Both the position numbers and the translations under genes were made by a program. Below are positions 12,501 through 25,700 of a stretch of DNA of 64,000 nucleotides, one piece after another. The stretch lies in assembly GCF_964355755.1 (NCBI RefSeq), contig NC_092676.1:21470871-21534870 (forward strand), read 5' to 3'. Position 1 is the stretch's first letter, and every line of letters begins with the position of its first letter. This DNA comes from Antedon mediterranea. Its lineage: Eukaryota; Animalia; Echinodermata. The notes under the pieces were generated by a model, which saw only the letters and a program-made list of their open reading frames with translations, searched no databases and was not told the DNA's origin.

Positions 12501-15356
12501 CCTAAGGAGGTTGTTGTACTAAGGGGGTAGTTGTCCGGGGGGTATTTGTCCGGGGGGTAGTTGTCCTAAAGGGGTAGTTGTCCTAAGGGGGTAGTGGTCC
12601 AGGTGGTGGTTGTCCGGGGGGTAGTTTTCCGGGGGGTAAATGTCCAGGGGGTGAATATCCGGATACGGGCAAAGAAAGGGGTGACAAATAAAATCGTTAC
12701 AACTTACAAGCTCATACAATATTAGAACCCAGAACTTTAAAAAGCATAAATTATTAAGAACATTATTCAGGATCTAATGTCACCAATTCCATACGCTCAT
12801 CATTAAATTATACAGTATTACTTTTATTTTATTTCGGGAAACCCAGTTACTGTAATAAGTCACGTGTACCAACAAAGGAAGCATGCAGCAATCTCAACAA
12901 AAGTTATCTTTCATTTCATTATTTACCCCAGAGCAAAAACCGGATAACATGTAACACCTCGACTTCTCCTGGGAGAATGATAATCATTCAAGATATAAGC
13001 TAGCAATTTTTCACCTGTAGTTGTTATAACCACCAACCGTTCCCATTGATTTCCACAGGGCTAATAGCATACTTTGTTGCTTAAAATGATATCAATATTT
13101 TTCAAAACATATTCATTTTCACATAAAAGAAACACCTATGCTTTGGGAAGTTATCACAGAGTGCTTTCCTTGTTGCAAGATGCTATCTCAAGATTGCGTG
13201 GGAGTTTCAGAGATTGTATATCTTTTAACAAAACAACTAAAATTAAATTCATCGTGAGTTGAAAGTTGATGTTGATTTTTTTGAATGTTTATTAAGAATA
13301 AAAACCACTTCAAGTGTCATACTAAAAGTAATAAAAACCTCGTAAACCCATCTGCTTAGTGGTTTTCGATAATTGGTGAATATTATTAGTTTCGTGATTC
13401 GATTGAGCAATTCGTTTTTAATTAGATATCGACACTCAAAACGGGACTATTCTGTCATGTCTTTGGCGTTGGACCTGTAACCTGTACAGTTCCCTGTCGT
13501 ATACTATACGAGGCTAGAGAGAGTGGAGAAACCAATGAATTGATAATCGTAAATCATGCAACAATAAACAATCACACAGCGGTCTTGTAGGGTAACTTGT
13601 ACTATATGTAATTCCTGTAGGAACTATCATAAAAGTTAGGGCATCCGATTTCTCATCATCGTAAAACAACAATAATAGGAATGTAGTGGTCTACGACTCT
13701 GGGCCTAGGTTATATTACTCTGGGCGGCTATCGATGTAGTATGCTAAGCTCTCGATACCCATACTAGAGCTGGGAATTTCAATCTCTGAGGCTACTTCCA
13801 GATGGATGTTGATATACATGTGGCACTCTCAGTATGTTTATCTCAAGATAACATTATCTCTGAATTTTTTCTTTCACAAATATTTGAAAACATATACACT
13901 ACTGTACCTATAAATAAACTATTATTTTATATTATGTTTCACATATAAAAGTAAAAAATTGAATATAAGTTTGAAATAAAATATTCGTTGGTGGCGCTAC
14001 AGATATTAACAAACTAAAGTACAAAAGAGTACTGTAATCTAGATTTTACAACAAACTAGGGTACCCAAAACACTCGAGTTCCTGAATATTTAAGCCTAAA
14101 GCCTATAAGTACCAAAATGATTACAAACTCAAGCAAGACAATATTTCCAGAGTTTTCTAGTGTAAATTAGGCTTACACAAACAAAATGGTATTCATTAGT
14201 AAGTCATTCATTTCATTTAAAATAGTACATCTATATAACAAAACATAAAATGAAGAACAAATCAACCATAAAATTAACCAGACATCTTCCACAATCATTA
14301 AAGCAAACATAAATATTATCAAACTCGATTTTTCGAGTTTAAAAACTAAAGCTTGCTTAACATTTCAACGAGCAGCCATCAACGCGTCTGATTGAATGGA
14401 TCAGAGGGGGGGGGGCGGGGAGCGTGCCTACGGTACATCCTACTATAGCCTAGCATTTACATTATCCTCATGGGCGAAATAAAACCCTCTGTGACTCGTT
14501 CAAACTTTGTCTACATTTTTCAAAAGAACCGAAGCTACTTACCTTACCAACCTCCACATAATTGGAAATATTTGTTATTAAATGGTGTGTGTTATAACTA
14601 TGTCATAATGAGTTATTACCTGACTTTTAAATATTCAGGCGTTGTAAATTTTATGATTGGCATTCTAGAAAGATTTGTGACTAGTACTGTATCCTTTTGG
14701 GGTAGCCTACGTGAAACAATGATGCAGAAAAATAAATAATGTGGTTTTTTTTTCATTTACGGACCATATAAAATTACTATTCAGCATTGTCATCAGATCA
14801 GATATCATTATCATTATACCATCATTAAAAGCTCCATTTTTACCAGAATCCGTCATCACAACCACAATATTTACAAACATGATAACTACAACCATCATAT
14901 CCATACTCAACAACAATCACTACCATCATCAGCATCGTCGTCGTCATCAGCATTTACCCGTCACACCATCCATTACACTATTGTTATTTTTCTCAACGTT
15001 TCTACTTTCCTTTAAATGCGTCTATTCTTTTTTTGTTTTCAGTTATCAGAGTTAAAATCGACAAAGTAAGGGACTCATCGGACGGCAAGAAATACATAGC
15101 AAACCCAAAGAAGCGAAAGATCTACAAAAAAGGCTCACTCAAGAAACGCGATCTAAATAAACTAACCTTCTTTGCCACAGAGGGCAGTTTCTGCAATTGT
15201 AACATCATCACCAAAAGCACTGATTTCTATCTAGTGATGGGAAAGAAAACCAAAAGCAACAAACTAATAATGACATTTGCTCACACATGGGTAACTACGA
15301 AAGAATTTCGTTACGCTACCAGACGTTTCAAAAAAACTGATTGTAATAAACTTTAA
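9569..15356 (+). CDS. SFRP: Secreted frizzled-related protein (SFRP1/2/5-like), 3' part: exons 9569-9658 and 15043-15356 encoding the NTR (netrin/C345C) domain; the CRD-coding exon lies upstream of the window
   Basis: Two AG/GT-bounded phase-1 exons splice in frame to GKERLMDVYTQCRTDAPASLILEYFCNAEF|VIRVKIDKV...FCNC...FYLVMGKK...LIMTFAHTW...RRFKKTDCNKL*. This matches the SFRP1/2/5 NTR pattern (LCASEFALRMKIKEV, CxC, YLIMG, terminal Cys) and its short middle exon. Exact paralog not assignable by eye. Confidence 0.85.
10705..12667. mobile_element. Foldback-like element with long minisatellite-built inverted arms (GGACAACTACCCCC)n / (GGGGGTAGTTGTCC)n
   Basis: Left arm 10705-10940 and right arm ~12015-12667 consist of the same 15-17-bp unit in opposite orientation; flanks GGCAAATA / GGCAAAGA look like a degenerate TSD. 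Confidence 0.7.
10974..11371. mobile_element. MULE-like MITE with internal ~22-bp tandem repeat, nested in the foldback element
   Basis: TIRs GGGTGTTTCGAAACT..AGACCCGAGACCAGAGACC and its reverse complement; perfect 9-bp TSD GTTTTTAAC (10965-10973, 11372-11380); internal (GGGTCTCCCTTTTCGTATAnnn)n. Confidence 0.85.
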
Positions 15357-16202
15357 ATTATATGAAGCCGACTACTGAAAAAATATATTATCCCACGAAC
15401 TGGGTATTTAAATTATTTAGAAAGATAAAATGCTTGTTACGACAGATTTGTACTATATGGGTCGTGTTGTGGTTATACTCTATGTATAATGTTTAATAGG
15501 CTTATTCAATATTAATAATTACGCTTGTGACGTATTGGTAGTTTCCTTTAAGTAAGCGTTACAGATCCGTTGAAGTAAGCGTTACAATATGTATGTTTAA
15601 GTAAGCGTTACAGATCCACTTAAAACGTTAAAAGTCCGTTTAAGCATTGTTGCAAGCAATACAATGCAATATTGTTTGGTACGTAAACAAATTGTAGGTA
15701 ATTATCCTAGTACCATATTTGATACATACACTTTGTGTGTGTTTATTTTGAAAGAAACGTGTGAAGTATCCAAGGTTGTTTGTTTGAAGTCAATTGCATT
15801 CATAGGTAAAGCTTCTGAAGTAGCAAGGTATTATACAGTAGGCCTACTGTATTATATTTTATAAGAAGTACCGTATATTATATTAATTGTTTTCTCTTCA
15901 GTGGTGAAGAAGTATAAATACTGTATAGTAATTCAGCCGGCCCTAACTTAATGTAAATTGTATTATCAAATAAGGAAGTTGTATGAATCCCCTTTAGTAT
16001 ACAACTTGCTACGTTTGCTTTCTTGGCAGAGACATTTGTGTCAATACTTTAACATCCTAACGGTACCAATAACATTCAGCGGCTTCCTTTACTACTGGTC
16101 GTCATAATCATTGCTCAAATCATAATTAGAAGTCTCCGATAGAGAGATGTAAAATAAGAAAGAATACTTGCTTTTTTCGCAATTGTAAAGTTACGCTGTA
16201 AA

Positions 16203-16221
16203 AATAAATAAACTTTAGAAT
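16203..16221 (+). terminator. Probable polyadenylation signal cluster of the SFRP gene
   Basis: Overlapping AATAAA hexamers about 850 nt after the stop, followed by a T-rich tract. Confidence 0.4.
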
Positions 16222-17406
16222 AAACACATTTTTTCATTTCTATTTTCGTTTCCTTTTTAGTTTACCTAGATTCTCTACAAGTTTTTTTATATGATAAGAA
16301 TTATTTTTTTTATGGCTTTTCTTCCATCTGAGAAGAGTAAAATTACACTCTACTAACCAGGGAACATGTAATAATTAAAACATTCACATTAATTAAAAGC
16401 CCTCACTCCCATTTCACTTCAGAGTTAATTCTCCTTGGTGGTATCTCAATCGTTTGTAATGTTCTGTTTGTATTCAATATCACATAAGGTAGGTAAGTAA
16501 CAATTGTGTAGGCCTATAACACGTCATAAAAAACAAGATAAGTTGATGAATAATAATTAATCAATTTAATATTCATGATACATTCTTATTTTTATACAAT
16601 ATTTTACATACTTATGTACTCGACTCTTAACTACACTGTACTCCTAGCTTAAAGATAGATGTATAAAGAATGCCACGTTAAATAAATCATATATCCAACT
16701 AAAGGTTGAATTTAAATTAGGACTTTTAATGATGAGTAAAATTAAACAATACACCAACAATAAAACATTTAAAGAATATGACATTCATATTAATGAAGGC
16801 TCCTGATCTTGTTGATAAAGAGGCTAAATAACGGATGTTCCTAAATAATGCTTACAAAAAATATGATGACGTCACAAGAAAAAACTTGATGAAAAAATGT
16901 GACCAAAACAAATGTGATATGCCCATAATATTATGGACACGATGACATCATATAACTACCATTGGGCTCATATCACACTTTATTATGATATGAGCCAGCC
17001 ACTTATAGTCCACCACACCGCTATCATAGGTAGAGTGAAAGTAAGTAGAGTGAATTTGAAAATACTGTATAAATACTGTACTAAATTGTATTTTGAACAA
17101 GTCAGTGTGCCATACTTTATGACATAAACATTTCCATGGAAAGACTATCCTGTTAAAAACTCTGGAGCTGGAGGTAGTATTCAGGTAATGGTGAAGATAG
17201 TTATAGTCATCACAAAACTCATAACAGTACTAAACTAATTATATACTGTATAGTGATTTTACAAATTCATCCTACCTCGCTTACAATCTATCTATATTTA
17301 CTTACTGGTATTTGTGTTATATTTATCTATTTTTAATTTACATTATTTACTGTTTGTCTAGAGTTCTTTGGTTATGGAATCATGCGTATACATTCCATTG
17401 CGTTCT

Positions 17407-19756
17407 CTAAACGGGTGGATATTCTTTCATTATTTTGTTATAGAAATAACCACTGCCCTCTACAATGACATCTTCTGAATCGGAACCTGCAATGATAAGA
17501 TGATAAAATGTAAAATAGGCTTACTCATTTATTGAGGGCAGCAGATAAGACCGTAGGCTACTAAACGTCATAATACAAAATGGAATATTGATGGCGCATG
17601 GCAGAAAAGGGGCATAGTATTATTGTTATTTACTTACTTTTCATATTTGAAAACTCGCTTCCTGATGAGAATGAAAACAGCCAATCGTCCCATATTCCAT
17701 TTGTTGTCTGATCATTTTTCAACACATCTTTCAGAGGGAAACACAATTTGGATGATGTTAAATTCAGTTTGGAAGGTTATTAATTTAGATTTTTAGTGAG
17801 TCAATCCAATGAAAGAGAATAGTTACCATTATTATATGAAACTGGCATTTTGTATTGGTCTTCCTCAGATGACGAAGATTTGTCTTTTTCGTGATACTCC
17901 GATAACGGTTTGTATTGCTGCTGTTGATTCGACGAAGACACTGTGCCTTGTTCCGACGACGAAGAATCGTCTGACTCTTGAATTGACGAAAACGAAAATC
18001 CCCATCCTTCCCATAATTCTTTCGTTAAATCTTCTTGTTTTAGAAAATCTGTAAATGTTTGGAGAACACATGTTATTGATGAATAAATAAACAAAAATTG
18101 TATGAAAACATTACATGAATCTCTGTCTTGGGGTGATTTCTTTTGAAATAAAGACAGATGCCTTAGTTTTGGTTGGAGAAGTTTGTTATGGAGATTTGTG
18201 TGATCAATTAATTGAGGGCGGTATACCATTTTAAAAGTACATCAAACACTGCATTTGATAGAGGGCTATATTTATAACTACTTTGAGGGAATGTCTAGGC
18301 CTAATAAACATCGGGGATACTAGACGCGTTAAGTATCGCATGTGCAGTTCATGTTTGGCTATTTTGAGTGGAAAATATTGACTCCCGCCGTTTTGAAAGA
18401 AGAGGAAAATATTAGAACTGATCGTACGGTGCAGCTTTGTCTAGATTAAGTAGGCCTACCTTGTCCTACATCGAATACATTGTATAATTCCTTTGGCTCT
18501 GATGACCCGAATGAGAACTCCCAATCATCCCACAGTTCAGTTTGCAAATCGTCTGATCTCAGAAAATCTGAATAAAAAAAACATAAAAAATGTTCCGTCT
18601 GTTGAATATTCGAGGCATTGTCAAATATTATCATGTGACTAGCTAGGACTAGGGAGTGGTACAGCAGGATAATGGGAACTCTTCTTAATGGTCTAGTAAA
18701 TGTAGCATTGTTAACAGACAAAGACATTGTAGGTAATCACTCCTACAACTAAAAAAAAAAATGTCGTTCTAGTACTTCGTCAAATATCTTTAATTCACGA
18801 CGATGATAATACTTCAATTCTGTGAAACTGTGATGCTGGTGTAAAATACCTAACACCAGATGTCCAATCTGATAGTGTTTAATATTATAATTTAAAATGG
18901 CTAATAATAATTCTGGTATTACGGTCAGCCTAAATGGATTCCTATTTTTTTGACGTAATGTGATATTCAATAAACACGTTAAATTGTTTTCGTTAACTAT
19001 ATTAGGCGTACCTGCTGTCATGTCAAAACCCACTGCTGGTTTGCTACACGTCCCTCTACGGTTAGTCAGCTTGCCTAAGGTGAACATGTCAGGTTGACAA
19101 TCAAGATCGGGTGAACATCGTCCGTAAATATCGTTCACACCCCCGCATTCCTCACCTTCCGTCTGGAATAATAGTAATAAAAAGAGGACTATTAAAGTTA
19201 AATGTGTTATATTAGCCTATTTTGTATTTATTTATTACCAAGTGGTGCGAAACTACGTAAAGAGGTGTTTCGTTGTAAACAACCATACTTTGTGTTTTAT
19301 ACTACTTAATTTTTCTTCTAGAAAGAAAGAGTACTAAACAAACTAAATTGTATTGATTCTTCAAACATAAACTTTTGTTTAAAATGTAAGATAAATTAGA
19401 TTAGCAAAAATTATAAACATCTTTATTTTATTTGGAAAACATTTAATTCTGCATGATTAATAATATAAACCTGTCTCGTTTAGGCCTGTTTAATTGTAAA
19501 TAATTTATCCATTTTGATGTAGCCCTAAATATGAAGATATCATAATTTGGTTGAAATAAGAACATAAAAAGGATTACCTGTTATTGTTCTGATTGATTTT
19601 TAACAATTTAAAATCGTTACCTTTCCGCAAATAGGACAGCAACCTATACAGGGGTGTTCCACTTTTAGCGATCCGCCAGGACAGTTCAATTTTGGACATT
19701 TATCCGGTTTCACCGCCGGACATTTACAAGTTGGATAAACTGAGGCTGACAATCCA
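17407..19756 (-). CDS. IGFBP-N (IB) domain protein, unit A, with acidic Trp-repeat tail; exons 19756-19621, 19162-19012, 18567-18460, 18048-17827, 17727-17638, 17486-17407; first (signal) exon not identified nearby
   Basis: Spliced translation: GLSASVYPTCKCPAVKPDKCPKLNCPGGSLKVEHPCIGCCPICGK|TEGEECGGVNDIYGRCSPDLDCQPD...RGTC (12 Cys, GCCxxC and CGG motifs as in IGFBP7/CRIM1-type IB domains). Four further phase-compatible exons follow, ending ...EDVIVEGSGYFYNKIMKEYPPV*. All junctions are GT-AG and in frame. Confidence 0.85.
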
Positions 19757-21117
19757 CTGAAATAATAAAAAAAAAAAACGATCTAGAAAGACACTTGGTT
19801 TAAGTTTTTTATCAAGGGAAAAAGAATAATAATAATATAATTAAAATAAAAAAGAATATTTTAGCCTAGACGAAACGTATTACGTTTACACAGCCAGAGA
19901 AAATGGAAAAAAAGCTTTCTATAAATTTTATCAGATTGTCTATATTATTATCACTCTTGTAACATGACCACAGCTCTCATTTTGCCATTTTCCCCCTGAC
20001 TGTATAATAAGTATTGTTACCACATTCTTAGGACCATTTACGACCAGAATACGACCAATCAAATGTTTTACATTATTTACCTTTGCGAATTGGCAACGAT
20101 ACTAACAATTTCCTCCCACATGTTAAATTCTTTTGGGATGTATAATGTTAACAGAGCTATATTGACAGGTTTGCAAGTCACAATGAAATACTACAAATCA
20201 TTCTTATTAACTTAAAGGTAATTTAACATAGGTGATACACTATCCAATATGTTTATTACGGTCACAACGAAGTACAATAGTGATGTAGTTATATAATCAC
20301 AAACGTGACCTAGTTTTACACTATTTGAACTATAATGTGGCAAAAGACTGATAACATGTATACGTATATTAAAATACAAGCTACAGTAAGGCACAGACCA
20401 AACAATCGACCCAAAAGTTGTCTGAATAACCGAAGAATGTTCCAATCCAAAAAATAACCATAAGACATAAGATAAAGATGAGCTAGCAAACCCCATTAAA
20501 ACTTCCATATTTGTAATACAGTTATTTATATACTTGACTTGTTAAAACAAGGCACACTGTGCAATAGTTCAACCAAACAAAATTGGTTTATGCACTAGAT
20601 ATTCTTATAATTATGATATTTTGTTTTCTTTTTCCGGTATTCCTGTGTCTAAACTGATAGTATGCATACACATCTTTCTTTCTCAAATTTGTTGCAGCCA
20701 TATGGATATTACTGAATGAATGAGACATTGTGTATGCTTATCTAATTACATAATTGGCAATTTACTGTTCCACACCTTAGGGAATGGCTGCAGTGTACTA
20801 TTATAGAGGAATTAATTTATAAACTATATCATCCATGACTGTACTGTAAAGCAGACATATATTGTTTTGGCAACTGATACTACAGCATTTTGTCAATTAG
20901 TGAATAAATGCCGGTATTGTGTCTCCTGTAAAAACGTTTAATTAATGATGTAATGAAGCTTATGTGGACATTAATTATGGTATACAATATACATGAACTC
21001 ATGGTATTGCAACTAGGTAAAGTGTGAAGAAATACATAAATGTGCTTTTTAAAATTTATTTTATACGCATCCAGCCAGCATCCAACAGCGAGAAACTTAT
21101 CATAACTAAGACTTTTT

Positions 21118-21605
21118 ATCAATAAGATAACCATGCCTCACAAAACATGGATATTCCAATTATGGCGGTCTTAAATAAGAAACAGAAAACTACTAATGAG
21201 ACTCAATACAATGTTAATGTTTATGTTTCGTATGATAAGATATCATGACCAGGAACATTAGCTTTTTAAGATTACATAATGTAAACAATGTCTTAGAATC
21301 CCTACAGTAGCTATCCGATATCATCAGCATGTACATTGCATTCTAAATAATTACTAATATCAATTATTTATTATGATACCGGTATATAATAATTATACAC
21401 AGCCACCACCATATACGTTATCAATAAGAGAACCATGCCAAACAAAACATGCATATTCCATTATAGCGGTCTTACATAAGAAACAGAAAAATGCTTCATA
21501 AATTTAATGTTTATGTTTCGTATGATAAGATATCATGACCAGGAACATTAGCTTTTTTAAGATTACATAATGTAAACATTGCATCTTAAATAATTACTAA
21601 TATGA
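21118..21605. repeat. Local tandem duplication (~300-bp period)
   Basis: 21121-21360 is repeated at 21423-21605 (e.g. TTAATGTTTATGTTTCGTATGATAAGATATCATGACCAGGAACATTAGC twice). Confidence 0.85.
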
Positions 21606-22743
21606 CACCAATTTATGACAAGAAAAACTGATTGGATTACTTCATTATATTTGGTAACTTATTTTTAATTTTACTCATTGGCAATTTACCCAAATTTAGT
21701 CACCGTAATTGGCAATTTATTTTATGATGCGTGGGAGTTTGATGATATTAATACAAGCTGGTATTTTTCATACATCAGATGTCAACATGTTGTCACATAA
21801 AAGACAGGTAACGCGTGATAATGTTTAAAGAATGTCGCAAATAAAGGTATCGTTGAAAAATAATAATACTAATATGGAACATAACTATAGGTATAACTAT
21901 ATCCTTATCATTTAATTAGGTACTATTGTATCCCGAGGACTTTTTTTATTTGTCCCATTCAACACGTAAAGTAATATTCAATGGTATCAACTGTGATCTC
22001 GTTGTAAAATAATAATTTTGTTTCATGCGACAGGTCGATAACTAATCTAAACCCCCATAGGTAGGTGGCGGAGTCAAGATATTATTGTAAGACACACAAA
22101 ACCGAAATAAAAGTTTAACTTTATATTTATGTTACTCTATATGACAAATAAAAAACATTGACAACCATTTCTAGTCAATTCTTTTGACAAACAAATGTTT
22201 TTGAATAGATATTTTGTCACTATAAAGCTACCGTAGCAAACGTCACTTTTATTATGTACTTCTATAAAGACACACGACAGCAACACATTCCGATTTGGCT
22301 TAAAATAATTACTGTTACAAAATAAAATGTTAACAATGACAACATTAGTAGTGTATGAGTCTTCATTGTTTAAGAGACATGATTCTGTAGTAATTACTGC
22401 AAAACCATTCAAGGTTTCCCATTACTGGAATTGACAAAACATTTCTAAAAATAGCTTTTACAAAACAAGTTTGTTCAATTCAATTTAATAAACATTTTGT
22501 CAAAGTAAAATAAATACAACGAGGAAGCTCAAACTTGTTTAAAAAGACTCTTTCAGACCAAAACAAAATATACAATTATTTGTTTAAACTATATTTATTT
22601 TTTTGTGTTAAATATGTTGAGTTTAACTTTGAAACATTGAAAAGTAATATGCGTACATTATCCTAAAGATGCAAAAGTAAATACGTAGTCAATATTATTA
22701 GATCTAAAAAAAAAAAAAAAAAAAAAAAAAATATTATTAGATC

Positions 22744-23010
22744 AGTGGCTTGGACTACCAATCGATGGGTTCGTCGCGTTGCCTATATCCTTGTGCAAGA
22801 CACATTTCTTACCTTTGCCTCTCTCCACCCAAGTGTTTCAATGGGTAAGGTTAAGACACAACTTTTTTACTGAATAGGCCTATAGCTGAATTATGCGAGT
22901 ATGTTTTCATACATTTTTTAGTCGAAAATGACTGTGGTAACAATATGTACAGTGCTTAGAAGTTTCACAACATTAGGGGCTTTATAAATTCAGAATATAT
23001 AAATAATAAC
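22744..23010 (+). mobile_element. Degenerate tRNA-derived SINE
   Basis: Remnant A/B boxes, central TCCTTGTGCAAGACAC...TTGCCTCTCTCCACCCAAGTG..AATGGGTA core, and an AT-rich tail resembling that of the 37169 copy. Confidence 0.6.
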
Positions 23011-24625
23011 TAAAAAAACATACTACACAAAACAATCCTAACTGAAGTGTAAGATCCAGACAGATCGTATGCAACCTTTAACATTCAATTTATAATTGAT
23101 GTCTGCTACTTTAATATATTTTTACTTTTACTTCTAAAAACGCATGTCTATTATATAAAACCACACTTTACATCAATAAGTATCATGAAAGCGCAAACAT
23201 TTATTTATGTGTGTAAATGATAGTCATGTTTACTGGTTATATCAACAGGAAACACGCATCACTACTACACAAACCTGAAAACAGGCCAGCTTTCTAAATG
23301 GTTACGTTTAAAATTCACAATAAGAGGGTTAAAGAATCAATATTATTCAATCCTAGTGTTTCTTCGATTATATACAAATAATGAATATTTAAGAGTTGAA
23401 TGGGATGAATACTCCTCATAAGTTGAACTATTGAATCCTTGTTGATAGAATTGTCATGGTTACAACGATTTCCTCTTAGTTTTTTCATCACTTTCAACAA
23501 TCCGTCAGACTAGTGTCACTTAAAAATTAATGTTTAAATTAAACATACATTAAACAAAATTGTCTGTAAATTTGTGAAAACGATATTAGTGAATTAATTG
23601 TTATATTGAACGATTAATAACAAAGTAAACATAAACATAGATACGAAATTAATGTTTGCCATGTACGCGTTGACTTTTGACGAATTGAACAATCTTTAAT
23701 ACGCTTTGATACGGTTTGTCCTAAGTTAAAATGTTCGTGAAGTTTTAAACAATGAAATGGAGGATAGGCCTATATTACAAAATAATACAAACCTTACTCA
23801 GTAATCTATTTATTTAGTAGTGGTAGGTTAGGCCTAGCCATGATCATAGAAAAAAGAATATTACTCGCGTATATTTCAAGTAAAGGACTAACCAAATGTG
23901 GACAAATGAAATTACGAGGGCGGGGGTGGTGGTTGGAGGATGAGCTGAAGAAAAATCTAACTTAAAGGCTCTGAAATGATTCCAATCTTTTCCATTTAAA
24001 TTATGTTTTATTTCTGCTCATGTACCATTAACTTAATAGATAACACTGTCCAATTTATTACAGACGAAACATTAGAGATAGCGTGAGTTCTTCTAACGAA
24101 GAAAATCATTTCACCTGATGCAAATGCCATTTCTGTAATAAAAATGAATTACCAAACATTACAGCGCACAATGAAACCTGTTAAGACGGTGGATATATTT
24201 AGACATTTCTGAAATGGATGATTACAATACGATTTCATCATGTTGAAAGAAGGCGACATGTTATCTCCACTGGGTATCAAAACAAATGATATTAGCTTTT
24301 GCGAAATTAAAATGATATGTTAGTAGTATAGTCCTATCCTATGCTTTCAAATTCAAATGTTAGGTCTAGTTATGGAACGCCGTTCACGCAACAATTAATA
24401 TTAATCAATGTACTTAATTTCCGATATAATTAATATGGATACATTTTGATTTCGTCATGAAATTGTTATCATATATATATTCCTACTTTAGGAAAATTCT
24501 ATAATCTATACAAAATACTACAGTTTACTGTTGTGGTCTATTGTTATTTTGATTAGCCTTCATGTTGATCCTTCTATTAATGTGAATCATAAAAACATTC
24601 ATCAAAAATAAAATAGAATGTGTTC

Positions 24626-25700
24626 CAAGGACCACAGAATTACAGTGTTAAATTGACTTTTCCGACTGCCTCCATAATATTTTACGATAATAAAAAATTA
24701 TAATATGATTAATATTATGATAATAATATGATTTGATAAACCGGTAGTACGTTTTCCAAATCTTCTTAGTAATAAAGGGCATCACTCGGGGGTTTCCATT
24801 ATAATATCAACATTGTGTTGGGTGTTTTAATATAACTAGTGTTACTTAGTAGATAACGCTCCATGGTTTAAAAGAAAACAAGAATCAGAATTGTAGCTAA
24901 TTATTGTAAAGTTATAGAGAATCATGTATGAATTATGTGAGTCGGTAAATTATATGTTCAAATGGTCCAGTTCGTGTTTTATTATGAAACAGAAAATAAG
25001 ATGTTTACCGTGTGAATGGATGAATGTTTGCTCATTGGTATGAATAGTGTGATTTGTGTCAAGTAGTTTTCTTGTTAAAGGAAGGTAACATTTATACCTT
25101 GTGAATTAATTAATTTTAGTATGAACTGAATAGAAGATTCGACTTAATGTTTTATAATTAAATGAATAAAAAGAAGATTTTTTTTTATTTCAACCAAGGT
25201 TTATTATGAGTAATCCACTGGCCGTCTATTAAGTATAAGGCCTAACATTAATATTGTTACGACATAAAACGATATACAGTAGTACCAATTACAAAATGTG
25301 ACCGGCCTTGGTCATCTAGCTTTACAGAGTTTAAATCGTGATTTTACACTAATTAATATGATTTAGTTAATTCGGTTAGTACAAATGATGCAGCCACGCA
25401 GGATTGACACGAAAACTGGTAATGTTAAATTAGAAAAGTTGACCCTTTCTTAAGGTGTAGGAAGTAACGGTGATAATAATAAAAATCTTAACTTTTGATT
25501 TTGAGTTAAGTCAAGTTAAACACATTATTTTTTTGTTCTGTTTTCTATGAATAAAGATAACTGAGTGAATAATGCCTTTTCAAGGACCACACAATTACAG
25601 TGTTAAATTGACTTTTCCGACTGAAAAGCTTTCATAATAGTTTACGACAATTAAAATATGATTGTAATATCATTTTATATACCAGTAGTACTTTTTCCAA
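24626..25700. repeat. Dispersed direct repeat pair (24626-24760 and 25581-25700)
   Basis: CAAGGACCACA..AATTACAGTGTTAAATTGACTTTTCCGACTG occurs twice, about 955 bp apart. Confidence 0.75.

Noticed and set aside
12228-12719. Pro/Gly/Cys-rich ORFs
   Set aside because: Translations of the foldback minisatellite arms.
14707-15055. His/Ile/Thr-rich ORFs on both strands
   Set aside because: Degenerate (CAT)n low-complexity intron sequence before the SFRP acceptor; the same applies to 8224-8427.
20081-20121. Candidate phase-2 first exon for IB unit A (MWEEIVSIVANSQ, AG|GTAAAT)
   Set aside because: Phase and donor fit, but it lacks a hydrophobic signal core and does not resemble the unit-B leader. 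Kept only as a weak alternative.
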